Shown piece after piece: positions 25,762 through 39,262 of a DNA stretch of 64,000 bases. The stretch covers positions 23,374,001-23,438,000 of the forward strand of contig CM022677.1 of NCBI GenBank assembly GCA_012295275.1. The letters run 5' to 3'. A program made the position numbers and the translations under genes. Numbering within the stretch: position 1 is the stretch's first letter; each line of letters begins with the position of its first letter. This DNA is from Chrysomallon squamiferum (taxonomy: Eukaryota; Animalia; Mollusca). The notes under the pieces were generated by a model, which saw only the letters and a list, made by a program, of their open reading frames with translations, was not told the origin of the DNA and did not search any database.

Positions 25762-27884
25762 AAAAGTAATATAATTGTTACACTTAAGGATAGAAACAAA
25801 AATTGTTTGATAATTCTGTATTAATCATAACAGTCTTATGGGAAGAGATAATAAAAAAATATATATAATAGTAATGATTAAATAAACGAATGAAAAAACA
25901 AAACGATTACTGTCTTGCTTTTAATTAAGTTGATGGAGGTTGGAGTTCCTGGACCAGAAACGAGGGACCAAGTTCAGTGACATGTGGGCTTGGTATACGA
26001 CAGATAACATAACAATCAACCACCAGAAATAGGAGGAGAAGACTGTGTTGTCACTGACATTTAATAGCTTTTGACATTAAGATATCTCCAGGTGTTTGTA
26101 AACATTAATTTATACACTTACTAATAATTAAACTGATTTATGCAGTTAATGGAGGCTGGGGTACTTGGAAGATAACCTATACACCTTGTATGTTGACGTG
26201 TGGACGTCCAAGAAGTGTATACAGCATCAACGTCAGAGTACGACAGTGCACTAGACCACCACCGCAGTATGGAGGGGATGTGTGTGATGGTTATGCCTCT
26301 CGAACAAGAATGTATTTCTGTGATGTTCCTCTCTGCCCTGGTAATTATACTCTTTTTGTTATCAATTTATTTATTTACTGCATGTGTGCTAGTTTATAAT
26401 CTGAGAAGGAATGGTATCAAGACTGATAGTAATTCTGATTAATGATAGTATTTACTATTCTGCTAAATGTAGGAGTAAAAATATTTGCTAAGTTCTCATT
26501 TTATGTGGTCTTATTATCAGTTGAAAATTGCTATCTAAACACGTTTGTTCAAAGGAACATGCAATGTATACCATAATAAAGAACAACATTATTTTTGAAT
26601 AATCGTGCAATTTCACCCGCTCACACAGCTGTGGCGTAACTTCGGTACGTTTCGGAAAATAGACATAGATTCGTTTCTACATTATCGAAGTTCCCCATTC
26701 CAACAAAAAGGCTTAAAATTATTCTCATCTGAAGGTGCAGGATTTCCCTTCAAACCTATGTTTTTGTTTTTTAAAATTGAGCAAAATTACGGAACCTTAG
26801 AAAACAACTGTAAATAATCTTTGTTGTTTGCAAACAAATCCCTTAAAATTATTCTCATCTGAAAGTGCAGTATTTCCCTTGAAACCTATGTTTTTCTTTT
26901 TTAAAACTGAGCAAACTTACTGAATCTTAGAAAACAAGATTTTTCTCTAACTGAAAATAATCTGTGTTTTTTTGTCAAAAAATCCCTAACCAAATATAAT
27001 TTGAGAAAAGAGGAATTTCTGCGCTTTCTAATGAACACGGAATTTATTCTCATTGTTAAAACACGGTCACTCGTTGTCCAGAAAAGAACTTCGACATCGA
27101 TCTACGGGCTAGAGGACAAGTCTAAAATGACTTGTGCGGACATTAGCAGATAATCACGATATAAATTTTCAGTTGTGTTTTGATCTTGTACTATTCAGTT
27201 ACGTTTTGTTGCTATACGTCCAAATATATTTCTTGACTTTCTTTTTATAACTTGGATCGTTTGAATTAAAATAAAATTATATGTTTTCATAACTAACACT
27301 GAAAGTTAAGCAAAAAGCAAGACTATAGGCTCAGTTTAATTACTGACCGAAGCTAACTTCCTTGACCAACCTTGTGGCGAGTTCGGTGGAAATTCCACAA
27401 GTTCAGAAGCTAAACTATTCAAAAATATTTTAAAATTTAAAGGATATTTTTTTATTCCTAAACAAAATAAAACACAAGTGTGTAAGAGAGTCATTGTTTA
27501 TATGACAATGATTTCATCAGCAAAAAGCGGATGAAACTTATGAATTTGGGGTATTGTTTTCGCTGTCATGTTTTTCAAATGCGAACGACAAATTCTCTGA
27601 ATCAGTCACGAAAAAACAAACAACACACAATTTAAGAGCAAATCTTCATTATTATTTCTATGCAGTTCAAAATGTTACAGGTTTCTTGTAAGCCGAGACA
27701 AAGAGGTTAAAATAACCGATTTTTCACCTTTTTACAATTATTGGCTGAAACGTAGCTGAAATCAAAGCTGCTTTCAGTCTCAGACCACACACACAATAAA
27801 ATATAAAATATAAAACATAATATATTAACTAACTTAATACACAACAACACCAACAATACCACCACCACCACCACCACCACCACC

Positions 27885-27915
<31 letters not shown>

Positions 27916-27926
27916 CCAACAACAAC

Positions 27927-27971
<45 letters not shown>

Positions 27972-30900
27972 GTTAAATTGAAAGCAAAAGATGCCGTGTA
28001 TAACAGAACATTAGACTTAGTAATTATCGTTTTAAGTCGATGGTGGATGGGCATCTTGGGAAACTGTTCAAAGGACATGTACACTTTCGTGTGGAAATGG
28101 TAGAGAACACACTATTTATAAAAGGGAATGTACAAATCCAGAACCACAACACGGAGGAAACGATTGTGTAGGACAAGCATCGAAGACTAGTGTCTCTGGT
28201 ACCTGCAGGAAAAGATATTGTCCAGGTAAAGAAATCGCGCTGTTTACCTTGTCATTAAAATCACTGTTAATTAATTAATTTTGAGAGACATTTATGTACG
28301 GAAGGGAAATATATTTCATATTTTAAAGAAATGTTTAATTGGTGCCTGTGGCTTTTTGATTAAAACAGAAGTTTGTTGGACATGTGGAAAAGGTTGTGGC
28401 AAACAAATGATTGTCAAATAGTGTAACACGTCAAGTAAGATCATTATCTCATGATGAAGATAGTCACGTAGCTGTAAGATGTGATACAAATTAATTGTGG
28501 TAGAACACTTACAAAAGGCTAGATTGTTCTTGTATCATACTGGATATAAATAAATGAGTTCAGCATGACTTAATTCCATAAGGAAATAATTCTTTTCATT
28601 GACGACTTCACCATCATCATTGAACCAGCCTCTTCTCAAAGGGTACTGCATCCATCCTTGTTGATTATTTAATTGCAAGTACTTTGTGCACTTTCAAGAT
28701 CGGAAACTGAATAGTAATAGTTTTTTCTTCAAAATATCTTTTGATTAATTCACTTTTATACAATTTAAGCCAACTAATTGTAAGACATAAAGGAAAAAGC
28801 ATTACATCGAAGGAAGTTCAGAGTACTGTGTCATTACATTTTTCAGTTAACGGTGGATGGACATCTTGGGAAATATCTGGGTCTGAATGTAGCGTTACCT
28901 GTGGGCAGGGTAATCAGCAGACGGTTTATAGTAGGCAGTGCACGAATCCACAACCACAGCATGGTGGAGATGATTGTGCAGGGGAATCTACAAAGCAGGA
29001 TGTTTCAGGTGACTGTCGGAAACAACACTGTCCAGGTAATTAACTTGTGATTAGATTCATTTCTTAATTAAACATATGTTGATGTTTTTCTGATAGAATT
29101 TATATATATATATATTTTAATCCAGTGATACTATTAACATTTTGTTTCAGTTTATTAGGCAGGAAGTGATGAATTTTTATAAATTTCATTTTTAGTATGT
29201 TTATCTTAGTTTTTAGTCAGGTAAGACTAATTAATGTAAGGGAGAAAGCTACTGGCAGTGGGGGAAGGAAAAAAGGCAAAAGAAAATATATGAAAGCTAC
29301 GAAGAGTGAAACAGTGGAAAGTACCTCAAAGAGAATGATATCACACAATTTCTCTAAAACCAACCTGCTGGCCAAACGTTGCAGTAGCCAGTTATCAGTC
29401 ATTGATTATGGACCAATTAAATTTAGAGTCCATGTCAACTACAAATGTGATTACTGTAAAATGTTGCAAAGATGGAATATAAAAAGGTAAACTGGGTGGG
29501 AATCAGATAATAAAAGAAAGAAAAAAGTCTTCAGACTCAGGTGGCACCACTAATGAAATATTCCAGCATTTTGGAAACATTACTAAAAATATTTTTTGTA
29601 GGTCTTAAATGCAAGTTGGCCCAACAGCCCTCTACCAAAATCCAGGAGAGTAGCTATTATGATTATGTGACACAAGAAGGATGCAATCCAAAAAGAAAGG
29701 TACTAGAATTTATCTAGAATATAGTTTTACAAAGTCTTGAGGAGGAATTAAAGCTAAAAATGCACCAGCGTGGAATATAACGACATAAACAGCTACGGTA
29801 TTACAGTCTTCAGTCTGGCTAACAAAGAATAAAAGTCAGCATCCAAATGGAAGGAGAAAATTACAATCAGCATCCACAGGAATCATGGTAACCTCGAAAA
29901 CACAGCTTAAGAAATTTCCCATCAGGCCAGATCTACATATCCTAGTTATATAGAAACTCTTTGGAACATCCTGCCAACATTCAAAGTAAACTGTACACAA
30001 GTCATGTTAGATTAACACCCGAATTTGGAAAGACACCCTGGCGGACATCAGATAAAACAAACTGAAGCTAAAACAAGCTCATAACACAGTAACTGGAATC
30101 AAACCCACCGAAGACAGTCGACATATCAAAACTCTCATACAAATTTCCATGTTCAGAAGACTGGAAGAGCATCCAATACATTAAGCCCACAAACAACTGA
30201 CTCAAGTAGAGAAGTTTCGTATATCAAGAAGAAACAATTAAAACAAAGGAAAGAAATAAATATACACAAAGCAACAAACAAAGCCAGAAAAAATAAAATA
30301 AAAATAAAAACATAAAAAAATAAAAAATAGTAATAATAAAAGGAAATAATACGGAGCTTATGGACCGTAAGACCAAACACATCCCAGTGCAATATAATGT
30401 TCCTCCCTGGAAGAGAAACACTTTTATCTTCTAGGAATTATCAAAACGGCAGCCAAGTCAAAATTGGTAGGAATCCCTCTTACCATATAGGAAAAACGCA
30501 TCCCCTCAATATCTGTGGATACAGGATTATACAAAGGAACAAATAGAGACAAAGGACACAACTAGAGGCGGATGAATTCAAATTTAACTCACCATATGGC
30601 AAAAAGATTCAGATTAAATTTTAACAGGTAAGCACTTCTCCAACTATAAGGCAGAAATGAATTCCTGAGCAAAAGCGTTTTTCAACAAAATACACAGTAA
30701 AGTAATAATCCTTTCTGATGATCCTGCTGTTTTCGAGACTGAATTCCACACAAACAAAACAGTGTAATCTTTATATTTAAATTACGGTCAATTGAAACAG
30801 AGCCCTATTTTTGACCCAAAGCAAAGTGGTGTTGAAAATGGCTACTATTAACTTGATTTATGCAGTGGCTGGTGCATGGAGTACGTGGAAAATGAGAGTT

Positions 30901-31681
30901 AATCCTTGTCCACGGACGTGTGGACCTCCGAGACGTTTCCTCCGCAGCACTGTCAGGGTACGACGGTGCACGAGACCACCACCGCTGTGAGGAGGACGTT
31001 GTACAGGGATAGGTGCAGAAACTATAGTGGAGTATTGTGATATTCCTCGGTGTCATCGTAATTATACTGTTATTACAGTTTATTTTTATTTATTAAATAT
31101 TTGAAGTGTTGCGACCTTGTACAGAATATTTTGTTAAAGCATTAATAATAATTAATAGAAATATCCAACAATAAGACGAAGTGTTCGGTAAGCAAACAGG
31201 TAAAAAAAAGAAAGAAAAAAAAAAGAAGAAAAGATATATATAAATAAAAACAAAATAAAAAAAATAAAAAGAGAAAGAAATAACAATAACAATACAAAAT
31301 AAAAAATAAAATTAAAATGAAGAAGGAAAGAAAATGAACGAAATTGTATATATAAAGGTTTGAAATATTTTACTTCTTCTAAATCATAAAAGCTCTTAAA
31401 AAATTATTATCAGTGACTATGATACATAGTATGTACTAACGTCAGCACTAAATAATAATAATAAAAAACCAACAGCAACAATTCAGCTGGATTCGAGTAG
31501 AGACTGTTTATATTCTTTTTATTAATTTTAAAAATACTAGAGTCTATATGTAGTATACAAAATAAAATTGTCAGTACAACGAATAACATAATGGCAGTAC
31601 AAGTTTTTAATTCATTTTTATATTTATGTAGTGGTTACAGCTCTGGAATTCATCACGTTTCTGTTTAGGTTTGTGTGCACG

Positions 31682-31728
<47 letters not shown>

Positions 31729-31892
31729 TAATTAATAAATATTTTACATTTTAATAAATGATATTTCGAATATAGAAATATTTTTTATTTTTTTACTTCA
31801 GAATCAATAATGATGAAAGGTATGTTATCTTTTTTTTCTTTTTTTAAAATCTATAAAATGGTCATAAATAAATTTAATATTAAATGATATTA

Positions 31893-31958
<66 letters not shown>

Positions 31959-32747
31959 TTAAAAAATAAATAAAGAAGAAATATTGATAATGAGTTAAAT
32001 CTGAGATACGATTCGAGATGTTTAAAATATTCCAGCCATCGCTTCACGATCTGATCTGCATGTAACAAATCTCTCTTGCAGAACTGTCTGGTCTTTATTA
32101 ACAGAATAAATAATCTTTTTTATTAGTTTGTTCTAAAATGTCATTTTGTGGTTAAGGTGTGTAAGATTAATGTTTGAATGCATGCAGTATTCACTCAGAC
32201 TTTAGCTCATAAATGGGGTAACGTACATATTTATTTGTATAAACAAAAATAATAATACTTTCAGGAGAAACGAGTGAAGATATCGCAGTACCAGTAGTGG
32301 TGTTTGTCATGTTTGTTGCGTTCGGATTAGCTGTTTTTACTTACTACAGGTGAACACCATTAACAGTAGCAAAAGATATCTTCTTTTTGTTGTTGTTTTT
32401 CTTTGGTTTAATTATTAAGATGTCAACATATATTTATTAGTGAAGTTATACGTAACACCATTACTTAGAGTACATACACAGAATGCTGCAAACAAAACCA
32501 AGCACTAAATTATATTGTTTCAGTTAGTTTGAAGGATGATGACGTCTTAACATGCTTTAATTATAAAAACAGTTCTTTTTTTTTTTATTAGTTATTTATT
32601 TTGTGCTTGGAATGCAAACTTAGAAGTATTATTATTATTTTTTTTTTTTTATTTTTAAGGATGATGGATAAGCGGAACAGAGGGAGCGAAAAACTTATCA
32701 AGGAAAGGCCTGAAATAGGGAGCCATGAAAATTATGCAATGACTTAA
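20307..32747 (+). CDS. Gene 2: signal peptide + 10 intact TSRs (A,B,C,B,C,B,C,E,F,G) + stop-containing TSR H + microexon + TM + tail
   Basis: All listed exons have AG/GT and phase 1-1. A full-length membrane form requires skipping 21155, 25930 and 30866. Confidence 0.8.
20782..20955 (+). CDS. TSR exon class A, gene 2
   Basis: VDCSWTEWVLESETCSVTCGNGIQRTIYRRGCSSPGSEDCQGNETKTVTSACVYRNCS|gtaatt. Confidence 0.9.
21155..21257 (+). pseudogene. Internally deleted TSR pseudoexon (more decayed paralogue ~43490-43627)
   Basis: tgcag|VSGRWSAWFNFREGLCDSTC... then loses the TSR pattern; 103 nt, frameshifting. Confidence 0.6.
22226..22730 (+). mobile_element. 5' fragment of a Tigger/pogo DNA transposon (TIGD1-like CENP-B HTH)
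   Basis: TA followed by the TIR-like (A)AGTGGTGCCTTGACTTACG. ORF 22498-22713 MDPKKV...KKRMTSTELKLEFTEKHERGVRVVDLARQHERSTSTICTILK matches the CENP-B N-terminal HTH of Tigger transposases. Confidence 0.85.
22873..23043 (+). CDS. TSR exon class B, gene 2
   Basis: attag|xGGWSSWTRDEKTCSVTCGPGTRIVVKTRQCNNTGGRDCVGSTTQNITESCETVACP|gtaaga. Confidence 0.88.
23326..23517 (+). CDS. TSR exon class C (variable), gene 2
   Basis: ttaag|VDGGWSSWIHSESQCSVTCGLGYKRMVMVKKCNNPPPQNGGKRCPPTGGVYAGWHIQCREGPCP|gtaagg. Confidence 0.9.
23827..24000 (+). CDS. TSR exon class B, gene 2
   Basis: VDGGWNSWTRDEGPCPVTCGRGTRIVVKTRQCNNTEGRNCEGSTTQNTTESCQTVPCA|gtaaga. Confidence 0.9.
24283..24477 (+). CDS. TSR exon class C (variable), gene 2
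   Basis: VDGGWSAWRATTSQCSRTCGLGIAIMHIVRNCNNPQPQNGGRPCRPTGGGTLVSGYIRCRERPCP|gtaaga. Confidence 0.9.
24859..25032 (+). CDS. TSR exon class B, gene 2
   Basis: VDGGWSSWIRDEGPCPVTCGRGTRIIVKTRQCNNTGGRKCEGSTTQNTTESCETVACP|gtaaga. Confidence 0.9.
25316..25510 (+). CDS. TSR exon class C (variable), gene 2
   Basis: VDGGWSAWIRIDGQCSVTCGVGNKSVQFVKKCNNPAPQHGGKPCPPRAERNRSSLDIPCREGPCP|gtaaga. Confidence 0.9.
25930..26091 (+). pseudogene. TSR pseudoexon (decayed counterpart of the intact exon at 63864)
   Basis: AG and GT are retained, but Cys1 is Ser, there is an internal deletion and an in-frame TAA sits at 26010-26012. Confidence 0.8.
26146..26340 (+). CDS. TSR exon class E (H-related), gene 2
   Basis: tgcag|VNGGWGTWKITYTPCMLTCGRPRSVYSINVRVRQCTRPPPQYGGDVCDGYASRTRMYFCDVPLCP|gtaatt. 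Confidence 0.9.
28037..28225 (+). CDS. TSR exon class F (intact), gene 2
   Basis: ttaag|VDGGWASWETVQRTCTLSCGNGREHTIYKRECTNPEPQHGGNDCVGQASKTSVSGTCRKRYCP|gtaaag. Confidence 0.9.
28847..29035 (+). CDS. TSR exon class G, gene 2
   Basis: Differs from 2008-2196 at only 3 nt (..DCRKQHCP). Confidence 0.92.
29215..30755 (+). mobile_element. Longer copy of the decayed LINE (RT + RNase H)
   Basis: Same element as 2510-3535 plus extra RT-like sequence (~29560-29850) that is deleted in the gene 1 copies. Confidence 0.7.
30866..31057 (+). pseudogene. TSR exon class H, gene 2, with in-frame TGA
   Basis: tgcag|VAGAWSTWKMRVNPCPRTCGPPRRFLRSTVRVRRCTRPPPL*GGRCTGIGAETIVEYCDIPRCH|gtaatt; TGA at 30988-30990 replaces the Tyr of QYGG. 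Confidence 0.8.
31802..31819 (+). CDS. 18-nt linker microexon (xSIMMK), gene 2
   Basis: acttcag|aatcaataatgatgaaag|gtatgt. Confidence 0.7.
32265..32349 (+). CDS. Transmembrane exon, gene 2
   Basis: GETSEDIAVPVVVFVMFVAFGLAVFTYYR|gtgaac. Confidence 0.88.
32660..32747 (+). CDS. Cytoplasmic tail / terminal exon, gene 2
   Basis: MMDKRNRGSEKLIKERPEIGSHENYAMT*. Confidence 0.85.
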
Positions 32748-34021
32748 CTTTGAAGCAAAATATTATAATTATTCTTAGAGATATATTTGTCAGAGAGAAC
32801 AGTTTGAGATCAAATGTTATATTTTAATTTTAATGTTATTTGTTCAGATCTTTTAATAATAAAAATAACATAATACTATTTAAAGATATTAGAAAGGTGA
32901 AAATACTAAATAAACTACTTTTGTTGATTTTGTTAGAATATAATATCTGTTTTTTCAGCTATTTTTTCTAATTAATTTATTTGATCGAAATTGCTTTAAA
33001 ATTTTAAAATTTAATATTTTGACATATTAAATGTTATGTTCTTGATTTGAGGTGTTTTATCAAATTATTCTATATCTGTTTTTAAAATCTATGTTTTTAC
33101 ATATTTTGATAGTTAAATAATTTCTTCATTCGTTACCTTTTTACAAATTTTAAATAATGTGTTGCAATTATTACCGTGATTGTGTAAGCGGAAGTAAATC
33201 AGACTCAAAACTCAAACTAGCAACCGGCATGACGTAAAAGAGGATAGAAACTATATTCAATAATATTTGTATTAAGAGACACCTAACATTGTTTAAAATA
33301 CTTCCTTACACTCCGCTAATTCAGATTATATGTATGTATGTCCGTATAAACATCCACCCCCCCACACACATACACACACACACACATACACATATATCTC
33401 GTTTTCATCTTGTTTTCTTGTTAACGTATGTTCTTGTTTTCATATTTTATATCATAAGTATCATAATGGAATTTTCCACAGGAGACCAGTGGCTTCATTT
33501 TCTCCTATATTTGCCCATTGCCATCAGTCCAGTCTCCTAAGCGAAGAGTCCATTTTTATACGGAATTACGAGCTTAGGAGCTCGTTTCACTCCAGGTGAA
33601 TGAGATTAGTTTTTTTGTTACTTGTGTAATTAACAAAACTGATTCAATCAGGAGTTAGTAGACATCAAAAAAATAAATTAAAATCAATAAAATAAAATAA
33701 AAAAAATAAAATCAGTAAATAAAAAAATAAAAAAAAAAAAACCCCCCCCTCAAAAAAACAAAGAAATAAAACAATAAATAAAAACGAAAAACTTAAAAAC
33801 GAAAGCTTGTTATTTTGCTATCTGATGGCTGACATGTCCTTCAACTTTTAAATAGGATGAACTGTGATGATTGAAATAATAAACTTTATTTTTAAAATGA
33901 ATCATTATGATTATTAATTTGATATATTTTTAAATGGCTTTGAACCTATAAAAAAAGCATTTTATATAAATGGCTTTGAAACATCAACAAGAAAAGAGAT
34001 ATATATATATATATATATATT

Positions 34022-34065
<44 letters not shown>

Positions 34066-35425
34066 CAGGGATCAGAGTTTTCCGCAAATTTATTGATTTT
34101 ATAGGGTTAGTTTTTCTTTGTTTAATGTTCTGTACTCATTTCTGCAATTCGTTTATTTCTGGTCGGGAGAGTATATTTTAGAATTAGGCTCGGCTTAATA
34201 CTTTGTTTACATCCGACTTTGCCTTACCAAGTCTTCATTTTATATGTGACCCAACAACAAAGCATATACTATAGTTGAATGCACAGGAAATAGTACAACA
34301 GCTGCTGACCAATCTGTGACGAAACGGTTCAAAAGAGTAGACGATGCTGACTCATTTCAAATAAATTAATTCACAGTGGGTCGAGATTCAGAATGTTTGC
34401 TGGTACATTTTATTAGAATATCATCCAAATAATAGCTCCAAAATGTGGTATCACTACATAGCTATAGCAATTTGAACGTAACTTGTGTCAAATTTTTTTT
34501 CATGCTAAGAAATAAGTAAATTGTTTGCCATATTTACGTAAGGAATTAGTTCATTTTTCCATGATTGATAGTACTGATATTTGCAGAAAAATGAGCATCA
34601 TGAAATCCGATTTTCAGAATGACCTCCATGGGGATTCTATTGAGAGACTTTTGTAGTAAATTAATGTATGGATCTCGTTTCAGAGACTAATCATGATTTG
34701 GTGGTTGTAGATTCTAATAAAAACACTTCTGTACATGATTAACGTTTGTAATTTGTATACATTTTTTACCGTTTTATTCAGTACCGTGTTCTATTTGCTG
34801 CAGTCATTGATTTTCATTTGTTGCCTTTGACTGTACAATTTTGTTATAATTTCTATATCAATAACAATAAAAACAGATAATGACCTTTTTCTTAATATAA
34901 AATATAAAATATATTCAAATTTTACAAAGTGTAGCGAAGTATAAAAAAATGGGTTAGAATTCTTCGCTAAGTTGAACCTTTGTTCCGATCTGTATGCAGT
35001 TAGCTACTATTAATTACAATAAATGAAACAATAAAACTGCAGAAGTAGCAGAAACGATAAAGTCAATGCTGCAGATATGCGAATGGGCACTGTAACTATC
35101 CCATCGCTATATAGAGAAATAAAATAAATAATTGTATTTACGAATAACAAATGATTATTTAATAAGTACTCTGTCACCTCTGTTTTTTTGGGTTTTTTTT
35201 TAAAATGCACTATAAATATAATATAATATAATACAATATAATATAATATAATATAATGTATAAAAATTCCTAGTAAAATGAAATGAAAAATAAAGAAATA
35301 AGCACCGAGATTCGATGCTATTTTAAAAATTATATCTATCTATCTATCAATCTATCAATCTATCTGTCTAATTTGTCATTCTATCTATCTATCTATCTAT
35401 CTAACCATTGAAAAACCCCTTTTAT

Positions 35426-35464
<39 letters not shown>

Positions 35465-35529
35465 AGATCTATCTTTCTATAGATATATATATATATATAA
35501 AATTTGAAAATAGAAAAACACAAGAAAAT

Positions 35530-36044
35530 ATCAAAGTATTAAATCTGCATTCATTTCTCGTTTTATTTTTATAAAATTTATGGTTTGTCAGGGAAAATAA
35601 AATACAATATTTAAATAAAATAAAATTTGTGATTTCTAAATAATAATAATAAATTAGGAAAACAAATTATTAAAAATAATAATAAAATTAAAACATTAAT
35701 TAATAACTTTTTTATTTCAATGTTTTATTTTATTTATATATTTATTTTTGTTTATTTTTGATTAAATACTTAATGTGTTCAGTTACCTAATAATTAAATG
35801 AACTGAAAAATTAAGAAATAAGCACCACTGAAAATTTTTTATTTAAATATCTCATCGATATCTAAACGGACATAAAATATAATCTGCAAATTATATATTC
35901 TGCTAAAAATAACAAACAAATAAAATGTCAAAGTATTAAATCTGCATTCATTTTATCGTTTTATAGTTAGTGAAATTTATGGTCTAAGGGAAATAACTCT
36001 ATTTAAGCAGCTGCATTTCTGTGCTTTCGTAATAATAATAATAA

Positions 36045-36102
<58 letters not shown>

Positions 36103-36466
36103 TAATTAATCAGAAAAACAAATTATAAAAAATAATAATAATAAAATTAAAATATAAATCTAATAATTTTTATTTCAACGTTTTATTTGATTTTAATATT
36201 TATTTTTGTTATTTTTGATTAAATACTTAATGTTTTCAGTTACCTAATAATTACCAAGCAGTTACTTCCCTGTCACTGAAAATTTTAATATTTAAATATC
36301 TCATCGATAATCTAAATGGGTGTAAAATATAATCTGCAAATTATATATTTTGCTGCTGCTAATAACAAACAAGGAAAATGTCAAAGTATTAATCTGCATT
36401 CATTTATCGTTTTATGGTCTAAGGGAAATAACTCTATTTAACAAGCTGCATTTCTGTGCTTTCTTA

Positions 36467-36517
<51 letters not shown>

Positions 36518-37380
36518 TAGAAACACAAATTATTAAAAAATAATAATAAAATTAAAATATAAATCTAATAATTTTTTATTTCAACGTTTTATTTGAAAAA
36601 TATTTATTTTTAAAAATAATTAATTTTCAAATACCTAATAATTACTTCCCTTTCATTGAAAATTTAATTATTTAAATTTTCAGTGAAAGGGAAAATTTAA
36701 ATAATTAAATAATTAATTTATCGTTTTTGAAAATTATAATATTGTATAATTGTATTATTATTATTATTGTATAATTAGTGAAATTTCTGGTCTAAGGGAA
36801 ATAACTCTATTTAAGCAGCTGCATTTCTGTGTTTCTTAATAATAATAATAAGAGGAAGAAGAAGAAGAAGAAGAAGAAGAAAAAGAAGAAGAAAAAGAAG
36901 AAAAAGAATAATTGAATAATTATTTATTATCATAATTATGATTATTATTGTTATTATTAAGAAAATACAGAAATCCAAATGGTTAAATAGAGTTATTTCC
37001 CTTAGACCACAAATTTCACTAATTATATAATAATAATAATAACAATACAATTATACAATATTATAATTTTCTAAATCAGCTGAGAGTGTGTGGATTAAAT
37101 AATAATTTCTTATCGTTCTTCTTTTAAATCAAAATAGTTATCCTCAAGATGCAATTGTTAAATAGAGCTATTTCCCTTGGACCATAAAGATAACAGACGA
37201 CCTATTCTTCGTTATTTATTTACTTATTTACTTAATTTATTATCATTAGTTGTTTTAACCTTAATTTGTATCAAAAATCAGAACAATAAATCTTAGGATA
37301 GAAACAAAATAAAATAATAATCTATTGTTATGCCGAAGAATTTAAATTACAGTAGATGATTGGAAACTACTTAAATAGAT
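35530..37380. repeat. Paralogous foldback-like composite repeat
   Basis: Same core in direct and then inverted orientation; part of segmental duplication copy B. Confidence 0.7.
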
Positions 37381-39136
37381 ATAAATCTTATTTTTGTCAT
37401 ATTTTCAAAGATATTTACAGTAATATGACGGGTAGGCATTTTACATATACTGTAAAACACACAATAGAACAATAATATGGAATGAAATTTTTTCATTTTT
37501 CGTGTATTGGTTTGCTCCAAACCTTGTTGTTTTCTGTGTCCCATTTCAAATAATTCTGAAGATGAGTCGTTTCTGTTGCTGGGTAATTCGAGGAGATAAA
37601 TCGCAAGGAGATAATTGGAGGAGATAAATGGTCAAAATAACCCTGCATACAAATTGGTGGCAAAAGCAATCATGCTGTAATCGGCGGACATGACCATTGT
37701 TTGGTTATTAACTGTTCCATTCGCTGAAGTCCGGGATATGCATATCGAAAACGTTTGTGAGTACATCGAAGTGAAAAACATTCTAATGTTACTTCAAACA
37801 CGACGATTTCTTCGGCACATTTTTTAGTTGGGAAGCGAGTGAACGACAAGAAACATGTGGACTATATACCCACCCTGAACACCTAGGATAACGAAAAATA
37901 CAAATGAAATTAAGGACATGGTTAAGATAACTAGAGATAACAATAGTTTAAATTATATCCTTAATTATTCAGTCTACCGCATCTAATTGAGGTTTTTACT
38001 TGCTTGGAGTCACAAGTACTTAGTAGGGGCTGCAGAAGTATGTAGGTGTTTGTCTGAATATATGAGTAAACGTTCAATCTTCAATAAATCAATTATACTT
38101 TTTAACGCAAAATAAATGGTTTATTTATAGAGTTTGTTTCAACATAAAGTATTTGTGCGTGTTTGTACTAATTACACCTAACAGTATCTGTAATTAGACA
38201 AGTTACTGGTTTTAACCTATATGAAAATTAGCTGCTCACATTTCCTTCATAAACATATTACTGTATATTTTGTTCGTTGAACATAAAATTGTACTTTATT
38301 TTACTGACTGGTTTCATAAAAAGATATGTTCATTGGTAGAAACCTTCCTTAAAGAGTACTAATTATGAAACACTTTACAGTATAGCATGCACACTTGTTT
38401 CACATTTATAATTGTTTATAAAAAATCTATTCGCAAAAAACTATATCAAAATTTTTCCCTCACTGAAAGTTTAAAATGTAACCAAATAAGTGATGATCGT
38501 AGATAGAGGCACCAAATCTAGAAGTAATATGACGTAAATACTGGTAACTAAAATGTAATGTTACACAAATACAATTGATCTAATAATGGTAACCTTAAAT
38601 AGTTTCCAGTAGTAACAAAATGCATGATCTAAACTAGAAAATTAACAACAAATGATAGATGATCACAAAAATTAGAAATTACTCTGAAATGAAAAAGTAA
38701 TCACTTGTGATATCTAGAAAATAACTTTTGAAACATAAATTAATAGCTATCGTTTTTAAATTATAGTTATGCAGAAACAAGACAACCCAAATATATTAAA
38801 AATAATAATAATAAACTGTAAAACTTTTCTCCTTGCAAAAATAAAATATTTTAATATTTTGTTTACGAGCTTTCAAAAAGAAAAGTAAGCTGATAAGACT
38901 AGAATCATTATGCATTTTTCAAAACAAAATTTACAATTATAATGTATCTAAATATAAAATAACTAAATAACTGAAACGAAATGAATTAAAATATAAATAA
39001 AATAAAATAGAATAAAATAAATAAAATTAGAAAGTATTATATAACCACAAAACAACAACAACAATAATAATAGTAATATCAACATTAAAAAAATACAAAA
39101 GCTCAGTGACAGTGCAAATTTGCTGTTTTACACACA

Positions 39137-39175
<39 letters not shown>

Positions 39176-39262
39176 ACACACACAACCAAAATATTACAAA
39201 TGTATATAACACAAAAATATAGTTTGACACATAATTAATACAGTTACACTCTTTACATTTAC

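Noticed and set aside
30988-30990. In-frame TGA codons (30988, 39330, ~53712) as selenocysteine or readthrough
   Set aside because: One replaces Tyr and the others lie in exons or loci with further decay. No SECIS could be identified, so ordinary nonsense mutation is simpler.
20307-32747. Naming the genes hemicentin, SCO-spondin, ADGRB/BAI, semaphorin-5, properdin or thrombospondin
   Set aside because: Only TSR exons lie between the signal peptide and the TM, and the diagnostic domains of those proteins are absent, so no gene symbol was assigned.
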